From contig SCUL01000002.1 in the NCBI GenBank assembly GCA_004297205.1, positions 188,594-252,593 of the forward strand: a stretch of 64,000 nt of DNA, read 5' to 3'. The notes beneath the pieces are model-generated. The model was not told the DNA's origin, made no database searches, and saw only the letters and a list, made by a program, of their open reading frames with translations. The position numbers were made by a program, and so were the translations under genes. The first letter of the stretch is position 1. Each line of letters begins with the position of its first letter. Shown here in pieces: positions 48,839 to 57,067 of this stretch. The DNA is from Patescibacteria group bacterium. Its GTDB lineage: Bacteria > Patescibacteriota > Patescibacteriia > 2-12-FULL-57-11.

Positions 48839-50917
48839 TCAACGGTCAGTGTTGGGTTTCTGTCCTGAAGCGACCCAGTGCCAGGCCAGATACCGCCCGC
48901 CTGGCAGACGGAAGACGAATTCATCAAAATACGCGCACGCCTTCTCAAGCCACAGCGGCGCGGCAAGGCGCTTTTTCTTTTTGAGCAGTCGCGTCAAAAA
49001 TTCGAGTGTGTAATGCAGGAAGCCGGCGGTGAACCACATCGGCTCAACGCGCACGTCCGTGAAATCCGACTTGATGAACAACGCGCGCAATTCGCCATGC
49101 CAGAAGCCGCTGTGTTCTTCGTCGGCCACGGACATGTCGGTGCGCTTGCCGAGCACGAGCTCGAACAGCGGCTTCAACATATTGATGGCGCCGAAGTACA
49201 GCCGGTGCGGCTCGACGGCCGCAACGAAACGCGCGCCCGGCGCAAGAGAGCGGCGCACTTCGCGCAGCACGACCCGCGGATCTTCGGCGTGATGCAGCGA
49301 GGCGGTCATCCAAGCGCCGGCGAAGGCGCCGTCGGCGACCGGAATGCGCTCGGCATCCATGGTCGCGGTGACGAAGCGGCCGGCGCTCTCCGGGACCGCG
49401 GACAAAAGCCGCGCCGCGTCTTCCACCGCGCCCTTGGAAATGTCGGTCTCAACCACGCGCAGGCCGAGCGCGAGCGCTTCCGCGGCGTCTTCGCCGCTGC
49501 CGCCGGCCAGCTCCAAGAGCCAGCCGCCCGGCGCGACCGGTCGCAGATGGCGGAAGATGCGCTGATGATAGAAACGGTTGCGGAGGGCGTTCAACTGATG
49601 CACGTCGGCGGCGTCGTGCGTGGCGTGGTCGTGGTAATGCGCCTCTTCCTGCTTGAAGGCCGAGAGGTTTTTGGGGAGCAGATCGAGGACCCCACCGTTT
49701 CCCCCTCTTGCCAAGGGGGGACCAAGGGTAGTCGACCCCACGAGCGCGAGCACCTGGCGCGCGTACTCGGCCGGCGCGAGCAACGGCGGCAGCTTCTGCC
49801 AGCGCAGCGCGCTACGGCGCGCCGGGTCGGCGGCGGTCTGCGCCGCGAACAGGAAGGCCGTAACGTCGCCGGAAGCGAAGCGCCAGCCGGTCTCGCCGGA
49901 GATAACGTACTCGGGAACACCGCCGACGTCCGCAGCCACGACCGGCACGCGACGCGCGGCCGCCTCGAACACCACGAGCGGCGCGTTCTCCAGGCAGCGC
50001 GATGGCACAAGCAAGGCATCGGCATGCTGCCAACGTTCCTCTTTTGCGGCACCGTCCAGCGGACCGTGGACGCGGATGCGGGTATCGCGCGCCGCCAGCG
50101 TATCGAGCGCGCCGCGGTCGGCGCCGTCGCCGACGATATCCAGTGTCCATTCCGTTGGTAGGGGCGTATCGCAATACGCCCCTACCAGGGTTTCCGCCGC
50201 CCAGCGCGCGCCTTTGTGCGGTTCCAATTGGCCGATGAATAACATGCGGAACGGTCCACCATGTAGGGGCGGGTATTCCCCGCCCGGGCGCGGGATACGC
50301 GCCCCTACCGCGGCAACGTCCACCGGATTCGGGATCACCGCCTGGCGGCTGCCGGAAAAAACGTGCTGCGCGCCGATCAGTTTCTGCAGCCATGCGCTCG
50401 GGAAGACCACCGCCTCAGGATTCCCCCAGCGCAGACGCGACACGAGAGCCCACACGCGGTTCCCCAGCCGGTCGGCACGCTGGCCCGGCCGCAGCAAACG
50501 CGGCTCGACCGGTTCGAAGTCATGCGCGACGTGCAGATGCGGTTGCGGCAGGCGGCGGAGCGCGCGCGGCAGCAGTCCGCCAAGTCCTTTGATGTTGGCG
50601 GTGATGATCAGTTCGGGACGCAGCGCGCGGACGCGGTCGATCACCGCCGCGGTCTGGCGACGATCCGCGAGCTCAGCCAGGTTCCAACGGACGCGCGCCG
50701 CCGATGATTGCGCGAGGACGTCGCCGATCCAAGCGCGCCGCGCGGCGATGCGATGGACGGAAACGCCTTCGACCGTGTCGTCGCCCGCGGTCCGCGCCGT
50801 GGTCACGACGTGGGGCTCATGGCCGAGCGCGCGCAGCCCCTGCGCCAAAAGAGCGGTGGCGCGTTCGGCGCCGCCGCCCGCAGGCGGATACATGCCGGTC
50901 AAGAGGACGATCTTCAT
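48839..50917 (-). CDS. bifunctional glycosyltransferase family 4 (GT-B) / class I SAM-dependent methyltransferase fusion protein
   Basis: N-terminal GT4 (MKIVLLTGMYPP.GGAERA ... RMLFIGQLEPHKGARW ... EGFGLV-like region). The C-terminal ~250 aa carry MTase motif I LELAGGSGEDA and a post-I acidic residue. Confidence 0.75.
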   Translation of the reverse strand: MKIVLLTGMYPPAGGGAERATALLAQGLRALGHEPHVVTTARTAGDDTVEGVSVHRIAARRAWIGDVLAQSSAARVRWNLAELADRRQTAAVIDRVRALRPELIITANIKGLGGLLPRALRRLPQPHLHVAHDFEPVEPRLLRPGQRADRLGNRVWALVSRLRWGNPEAVVFPSAWLQKLIGAQHVFSGSRQAVIPNPVDVAAVGARIPRPGGEYPPLHGGPFRMLFIGQLEPHKGARWAAETLVGAYCDTPLPTEWTLDIVGDGADRGALDTLAARDTRIRVHGPLDGAAKEERWQHADALLVPSRCLENAPLVVFEAAARRVPVVAADVGGVPEYVISGETGWRFASGDVTAFLFAAQTAADPARRSALRWQKLPPLLAPAEYARQVLALVGSTTLGPPLARGGNGGVLDLLPKNLSAFKQEEAHYHDHATHDAADVHQLNALRNRFYHQRIFRHLRPVAPGGWLLELAGGSGEDAAEALALGLRVVETDISKGAVEDAARLLSAVPESAGRFVTATMDAERIPVADGAFAGAWMTASLHHAEDPRVVLREVRRSLAPGARFVAAVEPHRLYFGAINMLKPLFELVLGKRTDMSVADEEHSGFWHGELRALFIKSDFTDVRVEPMWFTAGFLHYTLEFLTRLLKKKKRLAAPLWLEKACAYFDEFVFRLPGGRYLAWHWVASGQKPNTDR
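50157..50308. repeat. two related palindromes sharing a GTAGGGGCG...CGCCCCTAC core, inside the GT4-MTase coding sequence
   Basis: A 30-bp perfect palindrome GGTAGGGGCGTAT-CGCA-ATACGCCCCTACC at about 50157..50186, and a 46-bp near-palindrome GTAGGGGCGGGTATTCCCCGCCCGGGCGCGGGATACGCGCCCCTAC at about 50263..50308. Confidence 0.5.
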
Positions 50918-52077
50918 GGGGCGTACATGATGCCGCGCACCACGGCGTCGAGACGCGCCGGCAGACCGGAGACGGCGTACTGCGCAAGCGCGATGTCACG
51001 CGCCGTCGCGCCCATGCGGGCGCGTTCCGCCGGATCCCCCGCCAGGCGCGCCAAGGCCGAGGCCAGCTCCTGGACGTTGGCCGGTTCAACGAGGAGTCCG
51101 GTGCGCCCCTCTTCGACGACGGTGCGGACCCCCGGCAGACGCGAGGCGACCATGGCTTTGCCCGAGGCCATGGCTTCGAGCACCACCAGTCCGAAGGCTT
51201 CGGAGCGGTCGATCGACGGCAGTACCGTGAAATCGGCCAGACGGTAAAAATCCGGCAGTTCGTCGGACAGCGCGTTGCCGACGAAGCGGACCTGTTCGAC
51301 CACGCCGAGCGTGTGGGCCATGGCTTCGTAGCGCGGGCGCAGGTCCCCTTCCCCGACGACGACGAGGCCGAGCGGCGCGGCCGTGCGGTTGACGTGGGCC
51401 ACGGCGCGCAGCAGCACTTCGAGTCCTTTGAAGTAATGCGCGGTATCGAGGCCGCCGACGAACAGCGCCAGCGGCAAATGCGGATCCAGCTTCAACCTTT
51501 CGCGCAACGCGGCGGAGGCGGGACCGGGCACGAAGCGGTCGGTGTCGACGGCCGGCGCCAGTTCCACCAGCCGGTCGGCCGGCATGCGGCCCCAGATGCC
51601 GGCCAGCGCGCCGGTCATGGCGTAGTCGAAGGTCGAGACGACCAACCGGTCGGCGCTCTTCACGATCCACGGCAGGAACAGTCGCGAGTACAACGCGAAC
51701 AGTGAGTCGCGCGGCGGCTGGCCGATCAAGTCCATGTGATAATAGACGGCGAGCCGGCCGCCGGTGGTGCGCACGCGCCGCGCCAGCGCCACCGCTTCGG
51801 CTCCGCCCAAAAACGGATAGTGCAGGAGCACGAGGTCCGCGCTCCCGACGGCCGTGTAGAGTTGCGGCACGAAGGCGGCGTTGCCGATGGAAATCGGCGC
51901 GCGCAAAAAACGGACCGCGTAGCCGTCGCGCTGCTCGACGCGCGGGGCGCCCTCGATCGGCGTCAGCACTTCGACTTGATGGCCCAGACGCGCCAAGGCG
52001 TCCGCCTGTTGAGCAGCCAGATTCCCCATCCCGCCGCGGTACGGCGGAAAGGTTGAGACGACAATGGCGATCTTCAT
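50914..52077 (-). CDS. glycosyltransferase family 4
   Basis: MKIAIVVSTFPPYRGGMGNLA at the N-terminus and a C-terminal E-x7-E-like GT4 region (FGLVVLEAMASGKAMVAS). Confidence 0.85.
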   Translation of the reverse strand: MKIAIVVSTFPPYRGGMGNLAAQQADALARLGHQVEVLTPIEGAPRVEQRDGYAVRFLRAPISIGNAAFVPQLYTAVGSADLVLLHYPFLGGAEAVALARRVRTTGGRLAVYYHMDLIGQPPRDSLFALYSRLFLPWIVKSADRLVVSTFDYAMTGALAGIWGRMPADRLVELAPAVDTDRFVPGPASAALRERLKLDPHLPLALFVGGLDTAHYFKGLEVLLRAVAHVNRTAAPLGLVVVGEGDLRPRYEAMAHTLGVVEQVRFVGNALSDELPDFYRLADFTVLPSIDRSEAFGLVVLEAMASGKAMVASRLPGVRTVVEEGRTGLLVEPANVQELASALARLAGDPAERARMGATARDIALAQYAVSGLPARLDAVVRGIMYAP

Positions 52078-52078
52078 A

Positions 52079-53002
52079 TCAGCGCAATATTGCCACGGCG
52101 ATCACGCCGCCGGCAATCAACGCGGCCGCCACCAGCCGGTGCAGGAAGTCACGTCGTTCCTTGAGGAAAAGATACGCAAACAACATGCTGAGCAACACGC
52201 CCGCCGTTTTAAGCGCACTGTTATAAACCGTCAAATCCGCGCGCAGTGCCGTGTTCAAAAAAAGCACGGCGGCGGTATACCACAAACCAGAAAAAACCAG
52301 CGGGCCCAATGTTCTGACAGTAAAACGACGCGTTTTGAGATAAACAATAACCAGTGTGACGATGCCGGTGAGGAAAACTGACAGGAATGTAAAAAACAAA
52401 ATGTCCGAATGCACGATGCCTTGTCGGACCAACGTGATGTTAAAAGACGACGCCAAAATAGCCAGCAGCATCCAACGGTTCTCGGGTCGTTCAACTAGCG
52501 CCCGGATCGGAGTGAAAATATTTTTCGTGCTGTCGCCAGGAACGTTGATCAAATAGGTCCCAAAGACAATCGCGACCACACCGCCCAGCGCCCCCGCCGT
52601 CGCTTGTTCGCCGGTGAACAGCCACGACACAACCGCCACCAAGGCGGGCGTCAGGGCGAACAACGGTCGCACGCGGGTCATATCGCCGACGGCGTGGCCG
52701 CGCGCGCGGGCGACCTGCATAGTGGTGTGCGCGATCACAGCGGCCGCCGTAATCAGCCAGAAGCTGGTCGCTGTAATCTGTGAGAGGTTGGTGACTGAAC
52801 CGAGACCCTGGACCGCACCAGACTGACGAATGAACCACACCAAGCCCAAGAGCAATCCGGACACCGTCATGGTGAAGGCAATGCACCAGGCAGCAGCCGC
52901 GCCGTGATCGCGCAGCGGACCGCGCAACAGCCGCGCGGTATAAACCTGCCACCCCTCAAAGATAACTGTCCCAATGGCGATGTCCAGCAGGAACGAATTC
53001 AT
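52079..53002 (-). CDS. polytopic membrane protein (10 TM; EamA/DMT-like or O-antigen-related)
   Basis: 307 aa, hydrophobic throughout. GC is somewhat lower than in the surrounding genes. Confidence 0.45.
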   Translation of the reverse strand: MNSFLLDIAIGTVIFEGWQVYTARLLRGPLRDHGAAAAWCIAFTMTVSGLLLGLVWFIRQSGAVQGLGSVTNLSQITATSFWLITAAAVIAHTTMQVARARGHAVGDMTRVRPLFALTPALVAVVSWLFTGEQATAGALGGVVAIVFGTYLINVPGDSTKNIFTPIRALVERPENRWMLLAILASSFNITLVRQGIVHSDILFFTFLSVFLTGIVTLVIVYLKTRRFTVRTLGPLVFSGLWYTAAVLFLNTALRADLTVYNSALKTAGVLLSMLFAYLFLKERRDFLHRLVAAALIAGGVIAVAILR

Positions 53003-53003
53003 A

Positions 53004-54095
53004 TCACCACCACAACAACAGCCTGCAGATCCTCCAATACAGCGTCATGAGCGGATTGCCGATCCAGGTGAGGATCGGATTGGAAATTTCCTGGTAATCG
53101 ACGATCGTTGCGAAGCCGGCGGTGACCGCGCGGTCCGACGTCTTCCGCAGTTTCTGATTCCGACCTCGCGCGACGAACAACTCCCGCCAATGTTTCGCAT
53201 GAAGGAAGTAGCCGTAGACGCGAAACTTTTCCCTCCCCCATCCGCGCATGATGCCGAACGGCAGCATGCCGAGCTCGAGCGCGAGGAGCATGGGTGCGAT
53301 GAGCACGAGCGTTGCAGCGCGGTAGCACATCAGCATCACCAGGAAACGGTTGCGCTCCATCCAGTAGTATTTGCTGATGCTCCGCGAAAATTCGTACTTG
53401 TGCCAAATCACGGCGTCCGGAACGAAGCGGAGCTTCCAGCCGGCCAGCCGCAGCCGCCAGGAGAGTTCGACGTCCTCGTGGTAGGCAAACAGCGCTTCGT
53501 CGAGCATGCCGACCTCGCGCACCGCGGGCGCGGAGAGCACCATGGCCGCGCCGGAGACGGACACCAGGTCGCGCGGCTTCAGGAACGGCGCGAGGCGCGG
53601 ATCGTCGCGTTTCAGACGATAGCCGTCGCAGTAGCTCATGCCCAGGTAGTGGATGGCGTTGCCCACCGAGTTCACGCGGTCGGTGTCCGGATGAAGAATC
53701 ATCAGCGGCTGCAGGCAACCCACCGTTGCGTCCCCTGCCGCGGCGGCAAGCTTCGTCAGCGTGTCCGGCGCGATCTCGGTGTCCGGGTTGAGCAGGAACA
53801 GCCAGTCGTACCCCTCGGCCAACGCCTGCGCCATGCAGTCGTTGTTGCCGCCGGCAAAACCGCGGTTGGTCGGGCTCTTGATGAGCGCGCATGGGAATCC
53901 GCCCTTGGTCTTTGTGCCGCTCTCATCGAGCATGCCCCGCACGACCGCGAACGTGTCGTCAGGCGACTGGTTGTCGAGCAACCAAATCTTCACCTGGTCC
54001 TTCGGATAGGTCATCCGGTCGAGCGACGCGAACAACGCCGGCATGAAGCGGGCGTGGCCCCAGGAAACGGTGATGATGGAGAACTTTGGGATCAT
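53004..54095 (-). CDS. glycosyltransferase family 2
   Basis: FSIITVSWGHARFMPALFASL, a DxD-like motif (LLDNQSPDDT) and a C-terminal membrane-associated region. Confidence 0.85.
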   Translation of the reverse strand: MIPKFSIITVSWGHARFMPALFASLDRMTYPKDQVKIWLLDNQSPDDTFAVVRGMLDESGTKTKGGFPCALIKSPTNRGFAGGNNDCMAQALAEGYDWLFLLNPDTEIAPDTLTKLAAAAGDATVGCLQPLMILHPDTDRVNSVGNAIHYLGMSYCDGYRLKRDDPRLAPFLKPRDLVSVSGAAMVLSAPAVREVGMLDEALFAYHEDVELSWRLRLAGWKLRFVPDAVIWHKYEFSRSISKYYWMERNRFLVMLMCYRAATLVLIAPMLLALELGMLPFGIMRGWGREKFRVYGYFLHAKHWRELFVARGRNQKLRKTSDRAVTAGFATIVDYQEISNPILTWIGNPLMTLYWRICRLLLWW

Positions 54096-54199
54096 GTCGA
54101 AAGTATTGTCATTCTGAGCGGAGCGAAGAATCTCTCCAGGTCCTGTCAGGGCCCTTGCATGAACTGGCAGGATCCTTCACTACCGTTCAGGATGACAGA

Positions 54200-54541
54200 C
54201 TATTGTTTCTTCTCGGAACGCAGCAGGGCGATCTCGCGGACCAGCGCGGTGATCTCGCGTTCCTGGCGTTCCAGGCGCAAGTAAATTCGGAAGACGAGAA
54301 GGACCAATGCGAGCACGGCCAGGAACATCAGCGCGTCCACGCCGCGACCGATGCCAAGCAGCCGGGCAAAGACGTCCGTCTGCTGGGGCAGTTGCACGAC
54401 GACCGCGATTGCCAGCCACAGAAGCGTCCATCCGGCGAAGAGGCCGGTCGGCAATTCCCGACGGCGCCAACGCAGGAAGGCGCCAGCAACAGCCAGCAAC
54501 CCGATAATCGGAATTGAGATTTTGACGAGGAGGAGGTTCAT
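54200..54541 (-). CDS. small membrane protein, DUF2304-like
   Basis: 113 aa with three TM helices and a C-terminal coiled tail. It is adjacent to GT2 genes, as is typical for DUF2304. Confidence 0.45.
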   Translation of the reverse strand: MNLLLVKISIPIIGLLAVAGAFLRWRRRELPTGLFAGWTLLWLAIAVVVQLPQQTDVFARLLGIGRGVDALMFLAVLALVLLVFRIYLRLERQEREITALVREIALLRSEKKQ

Positions 54542-55206
54542 CGCAGTGCGCGGCGAAGAATGAGGCGGCCCAAGGTCTTCAATCCCATCATGAAACTCTG
54601 CCCCTTGGAAAGCGAGTAGGCGGTGTAGACGCTCTTGATCGGCACTTCCACGAGCCGCAGCTTGTGGCGGAAGATTTCGGCCACGATCTCGGACGAGACT
54701 TCCATGCGGTCGGTGCGGATCTGGATCTGCTCGGCAGCGGCGCGGGAAAAGGCGCGCAGACCGGACTGCGAATCGGAGACGTGTGCGCCGAAGAGCACGG
54801 CAGTCACGGCGTTGCCGATACGGTTGGCCACGCGCCGGACGAAGGGCATCCCCTCTTTCGTGAGCATTCGGCTGCCGATCACCACGTCGGCCTTCCCTTC
54901 TTTGATGGGTGCCAACACCGCGGGTACGTCGTCCGGCCGGTGCTGCCCGTCGGCGTCGAAGGTCAGGATGATGTCGGCGCCCTCCGCGAGCGCGGCGCGG
55001 ATCCCCGTGGCGATCGATGCACCCAACCCGCGGTTCAGAACGTGACGGACGACGCGCGCCCCACGCGCTGCGGCGATCTCCCCCGTGGCGTCGGTCGAAC
55101 CGTCGTCCACGACAATGACCGCGTCGACGCGCGGCAAAAGGCCACCGAGGACCTCCCCGATGGCCTGCGCTTCATTCCATGCTGGAACGACGACAACGAT
55201 CTTCAT
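54538..55206 (-). CDS. glycosyltransferase family 2 (polyprenyl-phosphate sugar synthase, DPM1-like)
   Basis: ORF trimmed to the ATG at 55206 (MKIVVVVPAWNEAQAIG...VVDDGSTDAT..FDADGQH..). Canonical GT2 DxD and Q/RxxRW-type features. Confidence 0.8.
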   Translation of the reverse strand: MKIVVVVPAWNEAQAIGEVLGGLLPRVDAVIVVDDGSTDATGEIAAARGARVVRHVLNRGLGASIATGIRAALAEGADIILTFDADGQHRPDDVPAVLAPIKEGKADVVIGSRMLTKEGMPFVRRVANRIGNAVTAVLFGAHVSDSQSGLRAFSRAAAEQIQIRTDRMEVSSEIVAEIFRHKLRLVEVPIKSVYTAYSLSKGQSFMMGLKTLGRLILRRALR

Positions 55207-55228
55207 AATCGAATACACGTGCCTGGTG

Positions 55229-55603
55229 CTAAGATCCGGAGCGCGCGTCAAGATTCCCTCGCGAGGTCCGATACTTGTTCCAGAGATCCATGAAGATATC
55301 CTTTCGTACTCTTCCGAGTTTTTTCGCCCATGCATGGATGTCCTCTGACGACACATCGACGACATGAGCCACTTGATCGGCCGTTTCGGGAGATTGTTCT
55401 AAAAAATACCGCTGGAGTACATCGCACAGGCACGTCGTCTCTTCGTCGAAATGTTTCAACGTCATGTCCGACTTCGCTTCCCAAAGCTGGTCAATCACGT
55501 CATCGACACGCCGACTGGTCTCCTCCAACTTCATGATCACCCATTGCTTCCGTTCATAGAAGTCGGGTGACGGCTGTCGATATGGCCCTTCTCCGGTTTT
55601 CAT
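55229..55603 (-). CDS. hypothetical protein (small, lower GC)
   Basis: ORF with no recognised domain; an internal ATG at 55534 is a possible alternative start. Confidence 0.35.
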   Translation of the reverse strand: MKTGEGPYRQPSPDFYERKQWVIMKLEETSRRVDDVIDQLWEAKSDMTLKHFDEETTCLCDVLQRYFLEQSPETADQVAHVVDVSSEDIHAWAKKLGRVRKDIFMDLWNKYRTSRGNLDARSGS

Positions 55604-56619
55604 GTGCCGAAAGAAATCAGGGAGCGATGCGCCTGCGTGTAGTCGATGGCCTGCTTCAAGCCGTCCTCGAGGCGTACGAGCGGCAGCCAGCCCAGGCGCT
55701 CCTTGGCCTTGGTGACGTCCGGCAGCCCGAGCGGGGTCAGGAACATCAGCGCCGGCTCGAAGACGATCTTGGACTGCGAGTTGGTCAGCTTCAGGATGAG
55801 GTTGGCGACGTCGAAAATCTTGACGTCATGGTCGGTGCCGAGGTTGACCGGACCGATGTTGGCCGGCGCCTTCATGAGCTTCATCAAACCGTCGACGATG
55901 TCGCCGACGTAGGTCAGCGAGGTGGTGAAGTTCTCGTCGCCGTAGATGGTGAGCTTCTCGCCGTCGATGGCGTTGATGATGAAATCGGAGAACAGCTCGC
56001 CGTCGAACAGGCGCTGCCGCGGGCCGTAGGTGCGGAAGATGCGGGCGTTCTTGGCGTCCAGGCCGTAGACGTCGGCATAGGTCTGGACCATCGTCTCGCC
56101 GAAGCGCTTGCCTTCGTCGTAGCAGCCGCGCGGCGTGAGGTGGCTGACCGCGCCGATGTCGTCCTCGCGGAAGGGCAGGCCGTCCGGACGGCGCGGACCG
56201 TAGACCACGGAGCTCGAGGCGTAGACGACCTTGGCCTTGTGCTTCACGGCCATGTCGAGCACGTGGCGCGTGCCGATGCAGTTCGTGAGCAAGGTGTCCA
56301 TCCGGAACTGGTCGAAATTCTTGATGCTGGTGGGGCAGGCCAGGTGGTAGATCTCCTGCACGCCCTGGAACTTCACCTTGAACTTCTCCAGCTCCGAAAA
56401 CTGTTCCAGCTCGAACGGCTCGTTGATGTTCCAGCGGATGAACTCGAAGTTCGGATTCTGGAGGAGATGGTCGATGTTGTTCTCCGAGGAGTTGATGAAG
56501 CTGTCCAGGCAGATGACCTTGGAGTCCTTCAACAGCTTTTCGCAGAGGTGCGACCCGATGAATCCGGCCCCGCCGGTCACGAGCACGTTCTTCTTTTCAA
56601 AAATGGGAGTGACGGGCAT
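55600..56619 (-). CDS. NAD-dependent sugar-nucleotide decarboxylase/epimerase (UDP-glucuronate decarboxylase-like SDR)
   Basis: VLVTGGAGFIGSHL, YASSSVVYG and YDEGKR (YxxxK) match the extended-SDR UXS/ArnA family. Confidence 0.8.
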   Translation of the reverse strand: MPVTPIFEKKNVLVTGGAGFIGSHLCEKLLKDSKVICLDSFINSSENNIDHLLQNPNFEFIRWNINEPFELEQFSELEKFKVKFQGVQEIYHLACPTSIKNFDQFRMDTLLTNCIGTRHVLDMAVKHKAKVVYASSSVVYGPRRPDGLPFREDDIGAVSHLTPRGCYDEGKRFGETMVQTYADVYGLDAKNARIFRTYGPRQRLFDGELFSDFIINAIDGEKLTIYGDENFTTSLTYVGDIVDGLMKLMKAPANIGPVNLGTDHDVKIFDVANLILKLTNSQSKIVFEPALMFLTPLGLPDVTKAKERLGWLPLVRLEDGLKQAIDYTQAHRSLISFGT

Positions 56620-56623
56620 AGGT

Positions 56624-57064
56624 TCACGGTACGTCTACCGGCCCAGTATACGGGCCGCCGGGCGCCGCGGACAAGCCGCGGAACGTCCAAAGCTTCTGGC
56701 CGGCAAAGTTCCAAACCGCGGTCACGGCGAGGGCGCCGACTTTCGCGGTCAGATCGTACAGCCCCAGCACCGAGATGCCGAGGTGCAGGACGAGCGAGTT
56801 GAGGCCCAGGCCGACCAGCGTCACCGCCAGGAACCGCGGGAATTGGGCGCGGTGAGAGCCGTGGTTGGCGCGGAAGGTGACGCGCCGGTGCATGACGTAG
56901 GCCCAGGCCACCGCCACGGCGAACGAGCAGGCGTTGGCAACCAGATATTGCTCGCGGAAGAACGGCAGGCCGCGGGTCAGCGCGTAATAGCCGAACCAAT
57001 CGACCGCCGTGGCAGACAGGCCCACCAGCCCGTAGCGCACGGCCTGCCAGAACAGGGCCCGCAT
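56624..57064 (-). CDS. GtrA family membrane protein
   Basis: 146 aa with four TM helices; RYGLVGLSATAVDWFGYY and NFAGQKLWTFR are typical of GtrA. Confidence 0.8.
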   Translation of the reverse strand: MRALFWQAVRYGLVGLSATAVDWFGYYALTRGLPFFREQYLVANACSFAVAVAWAYVMHRRVTFRANHGSHRAQFPRFLAVTLVGLGLNSLVLHLGISVLGLYDLTAKVGALAVTAVWNFAGQKLWTFRGLSAAPGGPYTGPVDVP

Positions 57065-57067
57065 ATG

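Noticed and set aside
49680-49730. CCCCCTCTTGCCAAGGGGGG partial palindrome inside the GT4-MTase gene
   Set aside because: It is an imperfect, short inverted repeat and lies within coding sequence. Unlike the GTAGGGGCG palindromes, it is not repeated or extended enough to stand out from GC-rich background.
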